The position numbers and the translations under genes are program-made. A stretch of DNA of 32,000 nt from Kineococcus radiotolerans SRS30216 = ATCC BAA-149 (lineage in GTDB: Bacteria > Actinomycetota > Actinomycetes > Actinomycetales > Kineococcaceae), in NCBI RefSeq assembly GCF_000017305.1, contig NC_009664.2, positions 3,300,001-3,332,000 on the forward strand, in the 5' to 3' direction. Position 1 is the stretch's first letter. Every line of letters begins with the position of its first letter. Below are positions 29,779-32,000 of the stretch, in pieces. The notes beneath the pieces are model-generated. The model saw only the letters and a program-made list of their open reading frames with translations, had not been told where the DNA came from and ran no database searches.

Positions 29779-30852
29779 GTGACGACCCTGTCCACCGAAG
29801 AGCCGACGTCGCGCCCGCGCCGTTCGACGCCGTACGCGATGCTGACCGCCGCCGTCCAGGAGGCCGGGCTGATGCGCCGGCGGACCGGGCACTACTGGTG
29901 GCGCATCGCGTTCACTACCGTGGCCTTCGCCGTGGTCGTGGCCGGCACCGTCCTGCTCCGCGACTCCTGGCTCGTGCTGCTCACCGCCGTGCCGCTGGCC
30001 CTGGTGCTCACCCAGTTCGCCTTCCTCGGCCACGACGGGGCGCACAAGCAGATCTTCGCCTCCCACCGCGGCAACGAGTGGGCGGCGCGGATCTTCGCGG
30101 CGCTGCTGACCGGCCTGAGCTACGGCTGGTGGATGGGCAAGCACACCAAGCACCACCAGGCCCCCAACGCGCGCGGGATCGACACCGACATCGAGTCCGA
30201 GGTCGTCTCCTTCCACGAGGAGGCCGCGGCGAGCCGTCGCGGGCTGCTGCGCTGGGCCACGTCCAAGCAGGGCTACTGGTTCTACCCGCTGCTGCTGCTG
30301 GCCGGGCTCAACCTGCACGCCGACTCGACGAAGTCGCTCATCACGGGCCGCCGGACGAAGAAGCGCTGGATCGACGCCTCGCTGATCGTCGTGCACTGGG
30401 CCGTCTACCTCAGCGCGCTGGTGCTGCTGCTGGGCCCGGCCCGCGGGGCCGCCTTCTTCGCCGTCCACATGGGCGCCTTCGGGGTCTCCATGGGCGGGGC
30501 CTTCGCCCCCAACCACGTCGGCATGCCCATCGTGGCGCGCGAGACGAAGGTCGACTTCATCCGCCGCCAGGTGCTGATGTCGCGCAACATCTCCGGCGGC
30601 TGGTTCGTGGACCTCTTCATGGGCGGGCTGAACTTCCAGGTGGAGCACCACCTCTTCCCCAGCCTGCCCCGGCCCAACCTGCGGGCCGTGCAGCCCTTCG
30701 TGCGCCGCTTCTGCGCCGAGCACGGCATCGACTACACCGAGACGTCGCTGCCGCAGGCGCTGCGCGACATCACCACCTACCTCAACGAGGTCGGGCTGGC
30801 CGCGCGCGACCCGTTCCGGTGCCCGCTGGTGTCCCAGCTGCGCAGCAACTGA
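29779..30852 (+). CDS. Membrane fatty-acid desaturase (front-end-type histidine boxes)
   Basis: His boxes HDGAH, HTKHH and QVEHH in canonical order and spacing, with four hydrophobic spans. GTG preceded by GAGGAGA. Confidence 0.9.
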   Translation: MTTLSTEEPTSRPRRSTPYAMLTAAVQEAGLMRRRTGHYWWRIAFTTVAFAVVVAGTVLLRDSWLVLLTAVPLALVLTQFAFLGHDGAHKQIFASHRGNEWAARIFAALLTGLSYGWWMGKHTKHHQAPNARGIDTDIESEVVSFHEEAAASRRGLLRWATSKQGYWFYPLLLLAGLNLHADSTKSLITGRRTKKRWIDASLIVVHWAVYLSALVLLLGPARGAAFFAVHMGAFGVSMGGAFAPNHVGMPIVARETKVDFIRRQVLMSRNISGGWFVDLFMGGLNFQVEHHLFPSLPRPNLRAVQPFVRRFCAEHGIDYTETSLPQALRDITTYLNEVGLAARDPFRCPLVSQLRSN

Positions 30853-31036
30853 CGTCCCCGCCGCGGGGGGTTGCGCACCCCGGACCTGATCGTGGTAGCT
30901 TTCTCTCAGTCGCAGTTTCTCGACGTGCATGATGCGCCCCGGGGACTAACTCGAGGGTCCAGCACGCTTTCCAGACAGGTCAGCCCCTCGGCGACGAGTT
31001 CCACTCCGGTGGAGCGCATACCTTGAGGAGGCCTTC
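30853..31036 (+). promoter_or_regulatory. csp promoter/long 5' leader region (locally lower GC)
   Basis: 184-nt gap noticeably less GC-rich than its surroundings. Candidate TTGCGC (30871-30876) - 19 nt - TAGCTT (30896-30901). SD GAGGAGG 31025-31031. Confidence 0.35.
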
Positions 31037-31240
31037 ATGGCTCAGGGAACTGTCAAGTGGTTCAACGGCGAAAAGGGCTTCGGCTTCATCGCCCCGACTG
31101 ACGGCGGCCCGGACGTCTTCGTCCACTACTCCGCGATCGCCGGCAACGGCTTCCGCAACCTGGAAGAGAACGACCAGGTCGAGTACGAAGTGACCCAGGG
31201 CGCCAAGGGCCCCCAGGCCTCGAACGTCACGCGTCTCTGA
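31037..31240 (+). CDS. cspA: Cold-shock protein, CspA family
   Basis: [20 protein letters not shown] (RNP1 KGFGFI) and DVFVHYS (RNP2), 67 aa, strong SD. Confidence 0.96.
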   Translation: MAQGTVKWFNGEKGFGFIAPTDGGPDVFVHYSAIAGNGFRNLEENDQVEYEVTQGAKGPQASNVTRL

Positions 31241-31251
31241 TCTGCAGACGC

Positions 31252-31306
31252 TGACGGTCTGACCGTCACGCGATCCCCGTCCCGGCTCCGGCTGGGGCGG
31301 GGATCG
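31252..31306 (+). terminator. Two hairpins downstream of csp
   Basis: TGACGGT ctg ACCGTCA (31252-31268). CGATCCCCG...CGGGGATCG (31271-31306) has additional inner pairing and is followed by TCGCGTTCGGGGG. Confidence 0.5.
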
Positions 31307-31323
31307 TCGCGTTCGGGGGTCCT

Positions 31324-31830
31324 TCAGCGCCGGTCGAGGACGCCGCGCACGAAGGCCGCCTGCCCGGCGTGCTCCAAGTCGTCGTCCAGGACGCTGACCA
31401 GCCGCACGCCCAGGGTGACCGGCGGGTCCCAGGCGTCGTCGACGACGCGGTCGAGGTCGGCGCCGGTGAGGCCCCGCAGGTACTGCGCGGTCCGGGCCGA
31501 CACCGCGTCGAGGTACCCGGTGAGCAGGTCCGCCCCCGCCCGCACCCGCCCGACCTGCTCCGCGCTGAAGCCGTAGCCCGTCTCGCCCGGCCCGAAGGGC
31601 AGCCCGAAGCGCTCCGCCCACCCGTCCGCGGTCCAGGTCTGCTCGTGCCCCGCGACCTCGCTGACGTGGTCGTCCTGCACCCGGGTCAGGTGCCACACGA
31701 GCCACGCGATGGAGTTCGCCCCCTCGTCCAGGCGCATGCTCAGCGCCTCCTCGTCCAGGCCCTCGACCGCCGCGTGCACCACGGGGGAGATGCGGCCGTA
31801 GCCGTCCAGCAGGATGTCTGCGATGTCCAC
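31324..31830 (-). CDS. DinB/DinB_2-family (mycothiol-transferase-like) protein
   Basis: 168 aa. SIAWLVWHLTRVQDDHV and C-terminal DDLEHAGQAAFVRG give the His-containing four-helix-bundle pattern of DinB_2 proteins as recalled. GTG start. Confidence 0.85.
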   Translation of the reverse strand: MDIADILLDGYGRISPVVHAAVEGLDEEALSMRLDEGANSIAWLVWHLTRVQDDHVSEVAGHEQTWTADGWAERFGLPFGPGETGYGFSAEQVGRVRAGADLLTGYLDAVSARTAQYLRGLTGADLDRVVDDAWDPPVTLGVRLVSVLDDDLEHAGQAAFVRGVLDRR

Positions 31831-31931
31831 GCCCCCTGCCTAGTCCCCCCGGACCGCTCCCGCACCCGCGGCCCCGCCCGTGCCGGCCCCGGCGCCGTGC
31901 CGATCGACCCCCGGCACGGCAGACTCCTGAC

Positions 31932-32000
31932 GTGCCCCGTCCCGACGTCCGCCTGCGCCTGCCCCGCAGGCGGCCGCTGTCCCCGCTGGTGGCCATCGCC
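31932..32000 (+). CDS. Possible 5' end of an unidentified gene running off the window
   Basis: GTG 31932 followed by 22 codons (VPRPDVRLRLPRRRPLSPLVAIA). 22 of the 23 codons end in G/C. Too short to identify; no clear SD. Confidence 0.2.
   Translation, partial: MPRPDVRLRLPRRRPLSPLVAIA

Noticed and set aside
30980-31996. 338-aa minus-strand ORF covering csp (antisense) and the DinB gene in another frame
   Set aside because: It is an Arg/Gly-rich shadow frame that conflicts with the unmistakable CspA on the plus strand and the DinB-family ORF at 31324..31830.
1-32000. Mobile elements, prophage, CRISPR arrays, tRNA/rRNA genes, genomic-island boundaries
   Set aside because: I saw no transposase, integrase or recombinase-like ORFs, no spaced identical repeats of 25-40 nt, no cloverleaf-capable tRNA-like segments, and no terminal inverted repeats. 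GC content is uniformly very high except at two short promoter/leader regions (about 4330-4430 and 30890-31030). The window therefore looks like core chromosome rather than an obvious horizontally acquired island.

Overview
Gene-dense, very GC-rich chromosomal segment of actinobacterial type, with codon third positions almost all G or C. I support 27 protein genes, one of them a 50-codon ORF absent from the track, plus a tentative gene start at the right edge. I found no rRNA, tRNA, CRISPR array, transposase or integrase. Left to right: a CofH/FbiC-like gene (5' truncated, lacking the radical-SAM cysteines) translationally coupled to a type I Baeyer-Villiger monooxygenase; a moaA-moaD-DoxX-like operon (-); a small SD-led ORF; an orphan WXG100 gene; DUF4031; and an MprA/MprB/PepD-like envelope-stress operon (-). 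Next comes an overlapping HipA-like mini-kinase + DUF3037 pair (+), my top candidate for an undescribed two-gene system. After it lies a phosphate-scavenging neighbourhood (Tat-PhoX, ExeM/NucH nuclease with RTX-like tail, GDPD), with 11-bp-phased GTTCACC-type PHO-box-like repeats upstream of phoX and the nuclease. Dcp peptidase and a quinone oxidoreductase are interspersed. A minus-strand run follows: helR, asparaginase, SigG-type ECF sigma, 789-aa XPB-associated protein, DUF4190, XPB helicase. The window ends with a front-end-type fatty-acid desaturase, cspA and a DinB-family protein. Most long Arg/Pro/Gly-rich ORFs in the track are frame-shadow artefacts of the GC bias and are rejected. All family assignments come from motif reading and memory of homologues; no searches were run.
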